A stretch of 64,000 bases of DNA from the human T2T-CHM13v2.0 reference genome, Homo sapiens. Position 1 is the stretch's first letter. Each line of letters begins with the position of its first letter. Positions 27,395-47,490 of the stretch are shown here, piece by piece. The notes under the pieces are model-generated. The model had not been told where the DNA came from, did not search any database, and worked only from the letters and a program-made list of their open reading frames with translations. The position numbers and the translations under genes are program-made. Where the stretch lies: assembly GCF_009914755.1 (NCBI RefSeq), contig NC_060938.1; one strand, given 5' to 3'.

Positions 27395-28634
27395 TAGTAG
27401 AGACAGGGTTTCACCATGTTAGCCAGGATGGTTTCGATCTCCTGACCTCATGATCCGCCTGCCTCGGACTCCCAAAGTGCTGGGATTACAGGCATGAGCC
27501 ACTGCGCCCGGCTGACCCAATATTTCTTATCGTCTGTCTTTTTGCTAATAGCCATCCTAGTGGGTGTGAAGTGGTATCTCATTGTGGTTTTATTTGCATT
27601 TCTGTGATGACTAATAATGGTGAATATCTTTTGATGTGTTTATTAGCCATTTGTATATCTTCTTTGGAGAATGTCAATTTGGATCCTCTGCTCTTTTTTT
27701 TTTTTTCAATTGACTTTATTTTTAGAGCAGTTTTAGGTTCACAGCAAAATTAAGTGGAGGGTACAGAGAGCTCCCGTCCACCCTCCTGTGCTCATTTTGT
27801 AATGGTGCAACAGCACAAAACTCTGGTCATGGATGCTAGCTTCATGCCCATCACAGGTGGCAGTGAGTGCTCCTGCTCCAAACGTCCTCACTCCGGGACA
27901 CACGCTGATGAAGTTTCTCTTCTATGGCATGGGGAAGAGAAAGAGGAAGTGGCAGGTTCCCCACTGACTATATAAGCCTTCAGCCAGAGATAACAGGTCA
28001 CCTCTACTCACATTTTAGTCGCAAAGCAAGTCATTCAGCAATTCCTAACTTTAAGGGGGTGTGAAATTCTCCCGTGATCCTGGAGGAGAGGGTCTGAATA
28101 TATGTGGCCACCCCTAAAGACTCACGGGAGTTAAATAAGGTTCTTTTGTGCAGGACTTGTCACTGCATTTCCTGGGCCACCTGGAAGGTGGCAGGTGGAG
28201 TAGCGCCGACATACTTGACTGGGGAACCCTTCTCTTTTTTTTCTTTCTTTTTTTTTTTGAGATGGAGTATCGCTCTGTCACCTAGGCTGGAGTGCAGTGG
28301 CGCGATCTCGGCTCACTGCACCTCTGCCTTCTGGGTTCAAGCGATTCTCCTGCCTCGGCCTCCTGAGTAGCTGGGATTACAGGCGCGCGCCACCATGCCC
28401 GGCTAATTTTTTGTATTTTTAGTAGAGATGGGGTTTCACCGTGTTAGCCCAGATGGTCTTCATTGCCTGACCTCATGATCCGCTTGCCTCGGTTTCCCAA
28501 AGTGCTGGGATTACCGGCGTGAGCCACCGCGCCCAGCCTGGGGGACCCTTTTCTCCTAGAGCATCTCATGGGACATGTGTTCTCTGGAATCCCATTTGGG
28601 AACCACTGTCTTGGCTGGTGGCTACTTCCTAAAG

Positions 28635-28965
28635 GAGGGGTTGACAAACTTTCTGGAACGGCCCAGTAAGTAAATATTCTAGGTTTTTCAGACCATATGG
28701 ACCAATTACTCGATTCTGCTGTTGTAGTGCAAGAGCCGCCGTATGTAATATGTAAATGAATGGGTGTGCCTGTGTTCCAATAACGTTTTATTTATAGACA
28801 CTAAAATGTGAATTTCATACAATTTTTCTGTGTCACAAAATATTATTTTTCTTTTGATTTTTTTCCAACCATTTATAAATGTGAAAAACCATTCTTAGCT
28901 CATGGACTGTACAGAAACAAGTGGTGGGCGAGATTTGACCCACAAGCTGTGGGTTGCTCACCTTG
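28635..28965 (+). mobile_element. MER58B-like hAT-Charlie MITE
   Basis: Termini GAGGGGTTGACAAACT and GTTGCTCACCTTG; 8-bp TSD TCCTAAAG (28627-28634) / TCCTAGAG (28966-28973). Confidence 0.82.
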
Positions 28966-29390
28966 TCCTAGAGGACAGAGTCCCAGCACCTTTGCCTGGC
29001 ATTCAAGCCCCGTCACCTTCCCCAGTTCCATCGTCTACCACGTCTCCGCACAGAGCTCAAGCATGGCCATGGCAGATGTTTTTCTAGGATCAAATCACAC
29101 TCTTTCACTCTCGGGGCCTTTTCCCAGTCTGTTCTCCCTTCTGGAATGTCCTTCCAGCTCTTCTGTCCCCAGCTTTGCTTGGGAACAGTGGGGCCTCCCT
29201 TGATCTGGGAGGAATCTGGAGCTTCTGACGCTGGTGGCTCCCTCACTTCCTGGCGCTGCAGAGTCAGCCGCCCCCCGCCCCGCCCCCGTGCTGTGTTCTG
29301 GAGCTCTGTAGGTGTGTTTGCTTCCCCAGCCACACCATGAGCTTCTGGAGGGTGGGGACTTTGGCCTCCTGAGTTCTGATCCCCCAGGCC

Positions 29391-32863
<3,473 letters not shown>

Positions 32864-33060
32864 GTTCCCGTGGGGTGTTGCAAAAGTCACTTCTGGCTGG
32901 GTGTGGTGGCTCGTGCCTGTGATAGCATTTTGGGAGGCCAAGGCTGGGAGGATCACTTGAGTCCAAGAGTTTGAGACCATCCTGGGTAACATAGTGAGAC
33001 AAGATCTTTACTAAAAATCAAAAAATTAGCTGGGAGTGATGATGTGCACCTGTAGTCTCA

Positions 33061-33225
<165 letters not shown>

Positions 33226-33741
33226 TCAGTCTCCACGTCTGTCAGATGGGAGCAATGTCTCCTGCCCTGGATGCCTCCTGAGGTTGTTCTGAGGGTCGAA
33301 TAAGGCTGGCCCCAAAGGAACCATGACCAGCAGAGAGCTGACCTTGGAGGATAATGGCTGACACCACTGGAATTTCGTTTTGGGGCACTGATCCTGTGCT
33401 AGGCACCTTCAGAAGTGACCAAGAGCAGAAAGCCCAGGCCCTGCTGAGAGGGGGATGCAGCGTGGTGACATAAAATCCTGTTGCTGTGTCCCCAGCACCT
33501 GGGACAAAATGAGACTTGGGGGTATTGGAGATGACTCGAGGAACCTAGATGAACCTCAGGTGTCTGGGAGCTCCCAGACTGTCAGGAAGAATGACATCAA
33601 CACCAAACCCTGCCCTGAGTTACCGCATTGTCCTCTAGGGACTGGGCACTGAAGCTTCCTGCAGCAGACAAAATTTGGGTCTGGATCTGAGCCAAAAGCC
33701 CCCTCATTTATAAATGGGGAAACATGACTTCACATTGATCC

Positions 33742-33772
<31 letters not shown>

Positions 33773-33945
33773 CAGGCCGGGCGCAGTGGCTCGTGCCTGT
33801 AATCCCAGCACTTTGGGAGGCTGAGGCGGGTGGATCACCTGAGGTTGGGAGTTTGAGACCAGCCTAACCAACACGGAGAAACCCTGTCTCTACTAAAAAT
33901 ACAAAATCAGCCAGGCATGGTGGCGCATGCCTGTAATCCCAGCTA

Positions 33946-34230
<285 letters not shown>

Positions 34231-34509
34231 TCACATCATTTTTGGCATCGCACACAGCCTCGGGAACTGGAGAATGTCATTGTCAAAGTATTTTTGAATA
34301 TTTGCCTTCTCAGCAAGAAGATGAGAAAGCTGTGAGGACACTCAGTCTTCCACGGGGTGGATACTAACCAAAATCACAAGCAGCTTGAGCTGGAAGGACC
34401 TGGGAGCCGGGAGAGATGCCGGAGGAGTCCCGCGCGCTGCCTGTCACAGCTGTGTGACTTCGAGACAGGGCTCTGGCCCCCTGGGCCTCAGTGTCCTCCC
34501 CTGGAAAAT

Positions 34510-36060
<1,551 letters not shown>

Positions 36061-36141
36061 TGTAAAAAATAATTTGTTGGCCGGGTGTGGTGGCTCACGC
36101 CTGTAATCCCACCACTTTGGGAGGCTGAGGCGGATGGATCA

Positions 36142-36424
<283 letters not shown>

Positions 36425-36468
36425 TCATCCCTGTAATTTATTTTATTTTACTTTATTATTTTTTTTGA

Positions 36469-36573
<105 letters not shown>

Positions 36574-36918
36574 TGAGTAGCTGGGATTACAGGCATGCGC
36601 CACCACGCCCGGCTAATTTTGTATTTTTAGTAGAGACAGGGTTTCTCCATGTTGAGGCTGGTCTCGAACTCCTGACCTCAGGTGATCCGCCCGCCTCGGC
36701 CTCCCAAAGTGCTGGGATTACGGGCTTGAGCCACTGCGCCCGGCCTATAATTTTTTTTTTTTTTTTTTTTTTAAGAGACAGGGTTGTCAGGCGCGGTGGC
36801 TCACGCCTGTAATCCCAGCACTTTGGGAGGCCGAGGCAGGTGGATCACAAGGTCAGGAGTTCAAGACCAGCCTGGTCAAGATGGTGAAACCCCAACTCTA
36901 CTAAAAATACAATAATTA

Positions 36919-37405
<487 letters not shown>

Positions 37406-37996
37406 ATTTAAATCATTTTCAAATGTACAATTCAGGGACATACAGTACATTCACGATGTTGCACAACCATCTCCACAGTGAAGTTCCAGCAGGAAACCCA
37501 TGTCCATGAAGCAGGCACTCCCTTCTCCCCTCCGTGTGCTAGGCCAGTGCAGGGAGAGACATGATATGGGGCTGCCAGCAAGGCAGATGCTAGGGGAAAT
37601 TGAGGGAGATGGCTGGAGGAGAAGAGGGTCTTCGGCTATCCCCTGCGTCACTCCCAGGAGCCCCAAGATGTGTGCGCAGCAGAGGAGACTCTGAGACACA
37701 TTCTCCTCTAGACCAGGCACTGCTGAACACTGGAGCAGTGCAAGCAGGACGGCAACACCAAGAGGTCCTGGGCGGGGTGGGGTCTGGGGAGGGAGAGAGA
37801 TACAAGAACCAAGAGTCCCAGGGCTGCAGCTGAGACAGGGCTGGTAATGAGGCACAGCCCCGGAGTGGGCAGGGGTGGGGACCTCCCATGGATGGGATGG
37901 TCAGAAGGCTCCTGGAGGAGGTGACATGTAGGTGGGGTAAGGCAGAGGAAGCCTGGGAAGATTGGGGGAAAGGTGTTCCCGGCCTAGAAACAGCCA

Positions 37997-38982
<986 letters not shown>

Positions 38983-40289
38983 TGACCCCGAACTCCTGAC
39001 CTCAAGTGATCCGCCCGACTTGGCCTCCCAAAATGCTAGGATTACAGGTGTAAGCCACTGTGCCCAGCCCAGGAAACCACTCTTGGAAGGCAGTTTCTAG
39101 ACAGAGAAAAGAACACCCTTTTCTCTGAGGGTCTAAATGTTGGTGTAGCCGGTATCTGTCTGCTGCGAGGCTGCTGGGAAGCCAGTGCTCTGCTCATTAT
39201 CTATATCCCTGCCAATATATCTACACTCTTACTGGGGTCTGGTTTAAATGTCCCAGCCTGACCCCAAGACAAAGTCAGCAGTGGTGACTGAAGCAGCCCT
39301 TGCTGCGTGGCAGGCTCTGTGCTGGGCACGGGATTCCAGACACACAAGAGTGAGACCCTATCTTGCAGAGCTTACAATTCGGGGTGGGGGCAGGGGGGAG
39401 GGAAACACAAGTAGCCCTAAGCATGGCTCATGACAACTGTCATCAGTGCCAGGAGTGGGGACACCAGGGCCTGGGACAGGGGGCTGAGGCGGTCAGGAGG
39501 TTCAGAAGGGCTCCTGGAGAAGGGGGCCTGCGAGCTGAGCTGTGAAGGCCAAGGGGCATGATCTGGGTCGCGTGGCCTGGTGGGAGCCTCACCCCTGGGC
39601 AATCCTGGGAAGAGAGGTCCCAAAAGTGGGGAATCTTGAGGCCAGCTTAGGCAGGAGGCCCTCTCCTCTCCTGGGCAGAGACCTGCTTCAGCCTAGGTCT
39701 GAGCTCTGCCCGAGCTGGTCTTCCCACATGCCTGCGGCCCCTTGAGGGAGGCCTCACACTGGTCCCAGGCCTGCTGCTGCCGTCCGCCCCTGCCTCACGG
39801 GAAGCTTCTTAGACAGAGTGAAAAGCATTCCTAAGGGAATGTAAAGAAAGGGCGGGGCGGCTGGGCAGGAAAGGGCCTGGCTCACACTTCCCCTCGATAA
39901 TCTTATCGCGATGACAAGCTCCCAGCCTGGCCTCCATTTGTTCATCTGGACCGGGAGGGTGCCCTGGCTGCAAGGCTGGAGTTAGGATTGACATAACCGT
40001 AAAGTGTGGACGTGACCCACCAGGAGCATGGGGATGAGGACTCCTCGGGGTGGCCTTGTGGGAACGGGGTGGGGCACCCACACTGGCCTTGGCACCCTAG
40101 CAAAGGTGTGGGTGTGGAAAGCCAGGCCTGAAGTCTCAAGTCCTGGCAGGGAGGCCATCTCCTCCAACACCCTGGCAAATGAAGGATGCAAAGGAAACGA
40201 AATCTACAGAAACGCGGAGACCCTGAATGATGTGTTCTTCTGTGTCTTCTTCCTCCTCATTCTTTCTGTTATTTAATTATCTCTATTTT

Positions 40290-42260
<1,971 letters not shown>

Positions 42261-43146
42261 TATTAACATATTAAGTAACAAGTTCTAGCAGTGGGTCTAA
42301 TAACTTCTGTGATTTTGGAGACGAGTATACGTGCTATTTTGAGGCTGGGCGCGGTGGCTCATGCCTGTAATCCCAGCACTTTGGGAGGCCAAGGTGGGCG
42401 GATCACGACGTCAGGAGTTCGACACCAGTCTGGCCAACATGGTGAAACCCCATCTCTACTAAAAACACAAAAATTAGCTGGGCGTGGTGGTGGGTGCCTG
42501 TGATCCCAGCTACTCAGAGCCTGAGGGAGGAAAATAGTTGGAACCCGGGAGGTTGCACTGAGCTGAGATCATGCCACTGCACTCCAGCCTGGGCGACAGA
42601 ACAAGACTCTGTCTCAAAAAATAAAATAAAAATAAAATAAATAAATAAATGCTATTTTGAGATATTTCCAGTGACTGCAATGTGTTGAGATGGAATATCA
42701 CCTACATTCATAAGTGAAGAAAATGCTGGATTTTGGTTAAAGGTTGATTTTTTTTTTGAGACAGGGGTCTTGCTGGAGGCCTCAAAGTACCTGGGATTAT
42801 AAGTGAGTGCCACCGCACTTGGTGTTAAAGGTTAATTTAAATAAAGATGTATTTACCAGCTCTGGTTCATGGTCTCCAGAATTCTATCCATGGATTCCAG
42901 GTTCAGAACTCTTAGGATGGCTAAAATTCCAGCCTGAAGTCTCAGTTTTCCAATAGTCCTTTGGGGGCTTGAAACCTCCCAGGAATGGCTTTAGGGTGTT
43001 TTCCTGACACTTCCCAGCCCTGGCCCATACCCTGCCCTCTGCCTGGCTCCATTCTTGGGAAAGGAATTCCTTGCCAAACAGAATTTTCTAACAAGCCCAA
43101 ATATAGTAATAATAATAATTAGCAGCAGGAAGAACTATAAACACTG

Positions 43147-43371
43147 GGGTAGGAAAGCCTGTACCCGTCTCTCCTTTTCCTGATCCCTTCCCTTCATTCC
43201 TGAACTGAAGGAGACGGAGCCCCTTTGGGCTTTGATGACTCCATCACTGGGGTATGTTCATTTGATGGTTGATTTTGCTGTACCAGGTACTTCCTTTCCC
43301 ATTTTCTAATCATTTTATAACACATGCTGACTCTTTTCCCTTCCCTTTTTCTGGGAAAATACAATGAATAC
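43147..43371 (+). pseudogene. Unidentified 5'-truncated retrocopy (mRNA 3' UTR-like) flanked by a TSD
   Basis: AGAACTATAAACACTG (43131-43146) and AAAATTATAAACACTG (43372-43387) flank ~225 bp of non-Alu UTR-like sequence ending GGGAAAATACAATGAATAC. Confidence 0.65.
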
Positions 43372-43989
43372 AAAATTATAAACACTGTATGTTTAGCATC
43401 AGACCAAGCATGTTGCAGACACCCTTGCCCCTGGCCGTCCCAGAATCCCTGGGGCAACTCTGGCCTTGGTTAAGAGGCTCCATAGCTCCTGGCTTAGCTG
43501 TGCCCCGGCTCCTCCCCTCATATCATGCCTGATCCTAGGAAGATATTTCACTTCTGGGTGCCTCAGCTTTCTCATCTATAAGGGTGGGGTATGAGATGGT
43601 CATGGTCATAGTTTTTGTTTTTTTTTAGGGTGGGGGGACGAGATGGTCATAGGGTCACAGTTTTTTTTTTTGTTTTTGTTTTATACAGACGGGATCTCGC
43701 TATGTCACCGGGCGCCATGGCTCAAGCCTGTAATCCCAGCACTTTGGGAGTCCGAGGCGGGCGGATCACGAGGCCAGGAGTTCAAGACCAGCCTGGCCAA
43801 TATGGTGAAACCCCGTCTCTACTAAAAATACAAAAATTAGCCGGGTGTAGTGGCGGGTGCCTGTAATCTTAGCTACTCGGGAGGCTGAGGCAGAGGTTGC
43901 AGTGAGCCCAGATCGTGCCACTGGACTCCAGCCTGGGCGACAGAGTGAGACTCTGGATAAAAAAAAAATTAATGAAAGGAAAAAGGCAA

Positions 43990-44335
43990 GGAGGAATCCC
44001 AACGATGACAGGTTGAAAGCTGCAGAGGAGACTGATGGGGAGTGACCTGTGAGGTAGCAGGACCAGGTGAACTGGAATCCCCAGGTCCAGATAAGTGAGG
44101 GTTTCCAGGAGGAGGAGTGGTCGACTCAGCTGCTGCTGAGAAGCTCAGCGAGACCAAGAAGTGACCCCCGGATTGGGCAGCGGAGAGGTTGTAGGTTACC
44201 TTAGCAGCAGTTAAGGGGTGGGGACACAGCCCTGCTGGATGGGGTGATGAGAGGCTGGGACGGGAAGGGGTGGAGGAGGTGAGTGTAGGGAAGTCTACAG
44301 AAATGTCTGAAGGGAGGGAGAAATGGCCAGAGGCA
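43990..44335 (-). mobile_element. L2 fragment
   Basis: GTTTCCAGGAGGAGGAGTGGTCGAC...GCTGCTGAGAAGCTCAG...GGATTGGGCA...GGTTACCTTAG...AAGGGAGGGAGAAATGG pattern. Confidence 0.55.
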
Positions 44336-46743
44336 GGAGAGGGTTTGGGGGCAGGAGTCGGTCCAGAGTGAGGCTGATGGCACAGAAAAGCCTCGAGGGG
44401 AGGGCAGCGGGATGGGGTCCTAGGCCTGAGGAGGACGTGAGTACCCGACAGGGAAGTTTGTCTGTTTGGGTACTGGGAGAGGAGAAAGATCCTGAAGGCT
44501 TTCGTTTTTCTCTGAAGAATGAGGTAAGGCCACGGGCTAGGAGCCCAGGCAGAAGGGGCTGTGGGAGGTGTAAGGAGAGGGGAGCAGGCATGAGGTCTCA
44601 CTTTCAGAGTGGGAGTCTCACCGAAAAACATGATAGGGCTGCCGGCTTTGTGGATGCGTTAGAAGTGTGGGATCACAAATTCCCAATCCCAGGGCTGTGT
44701 GTGGAGCCCTCTCCCCAAGCGATGGGAAGGCGAGTGTCCTTAACGTTGGGGTTCCCTATGCTGGAAGGATGGACTCTATTACAGTCCATCAGGCCAGGAG
44801 GTAGGTACTGTTTTCTGTATTTTACGGTTGGTAAATCTGAGAGCTTCAGGCCAATACAGTATCGGTGTAGCATTAGGGTCAGACAAAATAGAACAGGGCC
44901 CGGCACATATTAAGTGTTAATATTCGTTGGAAAAAAAAAAAAAAGAATGCTTGTCAAGTCCACTGCTGCGCCCCTACTGGTAGCCCAGCCTGGCCTCAGC
45001 CTTGGGGGCTGGTGGGTGGAGAGGGCGGCCTTGTGTGCTCTGCTATCCCTATTGCCTTAATGACCCAGTATCACCTTTGTGCCCTTGTAGGTTGATCCTT
45101 CTAGTCTCGTGGCAGAACTTTGTAGACACCAAGCGAGAGGGGCAGCGTGTTCTGGACCTCATTCCTCACACAGGGCTCACCTCCGGATGAGTCAGAGGCC
45201 TTAGCCGGTGGCCCAGCCCCGGGAATGCCACCCCGGTTCTGTACCCTGCCCAGGCCAGCTGACAGGGTGTATTGGGGCACACACCTGCAGCATCCAGGGC
45301 ACTCCAAGGAGAGGGACGTACTTTTGAGGAGAGTCTAAAAGTCTAAGTCCCCCACCTGAACTTGGTGGGGGAAGGGCTTCTATACCAGGAGGGCTCCCCG
45401 CCCTGTTTCTTAAAGGCCATTTAGGCAGAAGTGAACGTGGTCTCTTCAATAAAGTTAATAATGGTTCATGCTGCAGAAAATGTTCAAGACAAAACCCTGC
45501 TTATTTACTCAGGCTTTAAAACCATAAAACTCCCAAATTCTCCCTGTAGCTATTTATATCCAGAGCTAGTCCCCAAATTAAGCTCAGGTTTGAAGTAACT
45601 TAAAAGAAAAATAGCCTTCCCTGCTTTAAAAAGATTTTCCGTATAGACCTCCACTGGTCTAATTACGAAGGGCGCGTAGTTTCAGGGTTGGCTGGGGGTA
45701 GGGCACCGGGACCTCCAAGGCAGTTACACTCCTCAGCCTCCTAACAGCTGTACGGCTGCCCGGTGGTCCCTCTCCAAGGCAGCGGCTCTCAGGCTAGCCT
45801 CAGCCTACCCCACCCGCCCGCACCCCGTGTTCTCCCTCGTGGGGGTGCCGGGGGGAGTAGGGAGGCGGGGCGGGCGGCAGGTCCGGAAAAGTGGCTGCCC
45901 TCGCCCCGAAGGAAGTTGACCCTCCTCCCGTGCCGAGAGCTTGGGATGAAAATAGCTTCTTCCTCTTTACCCTTCCTGGACCCCCGCCCCAGGACGACTG
46001 GGCCCCTTCATTCATCTTTCAGCGGCCACCCAGGCGGCTTGGGCGTCCCCACGCCGGGACTCTGTGCCCCGGGGACCCACGGGGACCCTCCCTTGGGCCT
46101 CTGAAGCCGCGGCGCACCCCGCACCCAAGCCACCCCGGGGGCCCCGGCCTCCCCCACCCAATTAGCGGGCAGCACCGCAGACCCGAGTCCCCACGCAGCT
46201 CGCGCCAGGGGAGGCGGCCGCCTGGGAAGCCCGTCCCCCGCGCCGCGGCCCCCGCCCCCGCCAGCCCCGCGTCCCCTGGGAAAGGCGGGGGCGCAGCGAG
46301 TTTCCCCCAATTAGTTTCCTCTTTGTATGGAGTCTTAGCGCGCCCGTACTCCTCCGCGCAGCGGAAAGTAGTCCCGGCCGGGCGCTCCGCGGCTTCCCAG
46401 CGCCAGACACATTTTACTTTGAGAAGTCGACGGGACTCTCAGCGGGGTCCTTCAGATGGGGGGCCAGAGGCTGCGGGAGGCGTGCGCGGGCAGCAGGGGC
46501 AGGGGCCGCGGCCAAGGGTAGGGGGCGGGGAGGGCCGCGAACTCCTCGCCGCTGCCTGGAGAGATGGATCATGGGGCGTAGGGAGATGGCAAACCTCAAA
46601 CCACGTACGGCGGGCGATACGCGTCAACCGAACCTCGCCAACGGAAGCCCGGAGCCACCCCTCCCCGCTCCCCCGCCCCGCCGCCCCGGACGGACGGGCG
46701 CGCGGAGCCAACCCCGCTGCCGCTGGCTGTCCAAATCCCACCA

Positions 46744-46835
46744 GAGCCAATGGGAGCGCGAGGGGGGGCGGAGCCATCTCGCGTCAGTTGGGCTGCGCGC
46801 CCCCCTCCCCCGGCGCCCCTGCAGGCCCCGCCCCT
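46744..46835 (+). promoter_or_regulatory. Proximal TATA-less promoter elements: CCAAT box and SP/KLF GC boxes
   Basis: GAGCCAATGG (CCAAT 46747-46751), GGGGCGGAG (~46765-46773) and GCCCCGCCC (~46825-46833) lie just upstream of the likely TSS zone (~46860-46880, inferred). Confidence 0.7.
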
Positions 46836-46897
46836 GCCTCCTCCCCTCTCCGCTCGCTGCTCCCGGAGTAGTTGGTGCCAGTGAAGTGAGGGCGGCG

Positions 46898-46939
46898 ATG
46901 AGAGCGAAAGTTGCGCTCGGCTCGTCGCTGGGGGCTTGA
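46898..46939 (+). other. Candidate upstream ORF (MRAKVALGSSLGA*) in the RCOR1 5' leader
   Basis: GCGGCGATGA (G at -3) to TGA 46937-46939; out of frame with, and ending 172 nt before, the main ATG. Confidence 0.6.
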
Positions 46940-47111
46940 AGCGGCTCCGCGCTCTGCCCGTTTGGGCCTCCCCCGACTCGGACTCGCGCCCGTGGGCTCC
47001 CGCCGCGCCCGCCCGGCCCCGCGCCGGCCCCGCGCCCCCTCCCCCGTCTCGGCGCCCCCTCCTCAGGAGCCGCGGGTCCCCGCCACTTTCGCACGGCCCC
47101 GGCCCCCACCG

Positions 47112-47412
47112 ATGCCGGCCATGGTGGAGAAGGGCCCCGAGGTCTCAGGGAAGCGGAGAGGGAGGAACAACGCGGCCGCCTCCGCCTCCGCCGCCGCCGC
47201 CTCCGCCGCCGCCTCGGCCGCCTGCGCCTCGCCAGCCGCCACTGCCGCCTCGGGCGCCGCCGCCTCCTCAGCCTCGGCCGCCGCCGCCTCAGCCGCCGCC
47301 GCCCCCAATAATGGCCAGAATAAAAGTTTGGCGGCGGCGGCGCCCAATGGCAACAGCAGCAGCAACTCCTGGGAGGAAGGCAGCTCGGGCTCGTCCAGCG
47401 ACGAGGAGCACG
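47112..47412 (+). CDS. RCOR1: REST corepressor 1 (CoREST1), coding part of exon 1 (301 nt; Ala/Ser-rich N-terminus)
   Basis: Translates MPAMVEKGPEVSGKRRGRNNAAASASAAAAS...NSWEEGSSGSSSDEEH(G), matching the human CoREST1 N-terminus as I recall it. Ends at donor CACG|GTAGGT. A second in-frame ATG at 47121 has a strong Kozak context. Confidence 0.97.
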
Positions 47413-47490
47413 GTAGGTGGCAGCCGCCCCCGCGGCCCCGGGCCCCGCGCCCCGCGCCGCGCTGACCGCCGTATTCTGCTTCCCCCGCAG
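47413..47490 (+). other. RCOR1: RCOR1 intron 1 (78 nt, very GC-rich)
   Basis: GT...AG ends, branch-like GCTGAC at 47461-47466, short pyrimidine tract; joining the exons restores the known protein. Confidence 0.95.

Noticed and set aside
42640-42912. Possible hAT-Charlie relic
   Set aside because: Too degraded and interrupted to assign a family by eye.
43969-44913. 220-aa (-) and 196-aa (+) ORFs
   Set aside because: Partly overlap an L2 relic; no motif, homology or exon support.
44963-44983. CTCF-like motif (minus strand CCAGTAGGGGCGCAG)
   Set aside because: One G short of the core CCASYAGRKGGCRS, which misaligns the conserved GGC; not supportable without ChIP data.
45891-46871. 326-aa + strand ORF in the promoter island
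   Set aside because: GTG start, GC-driven lack of stops, no recognisable protein features.
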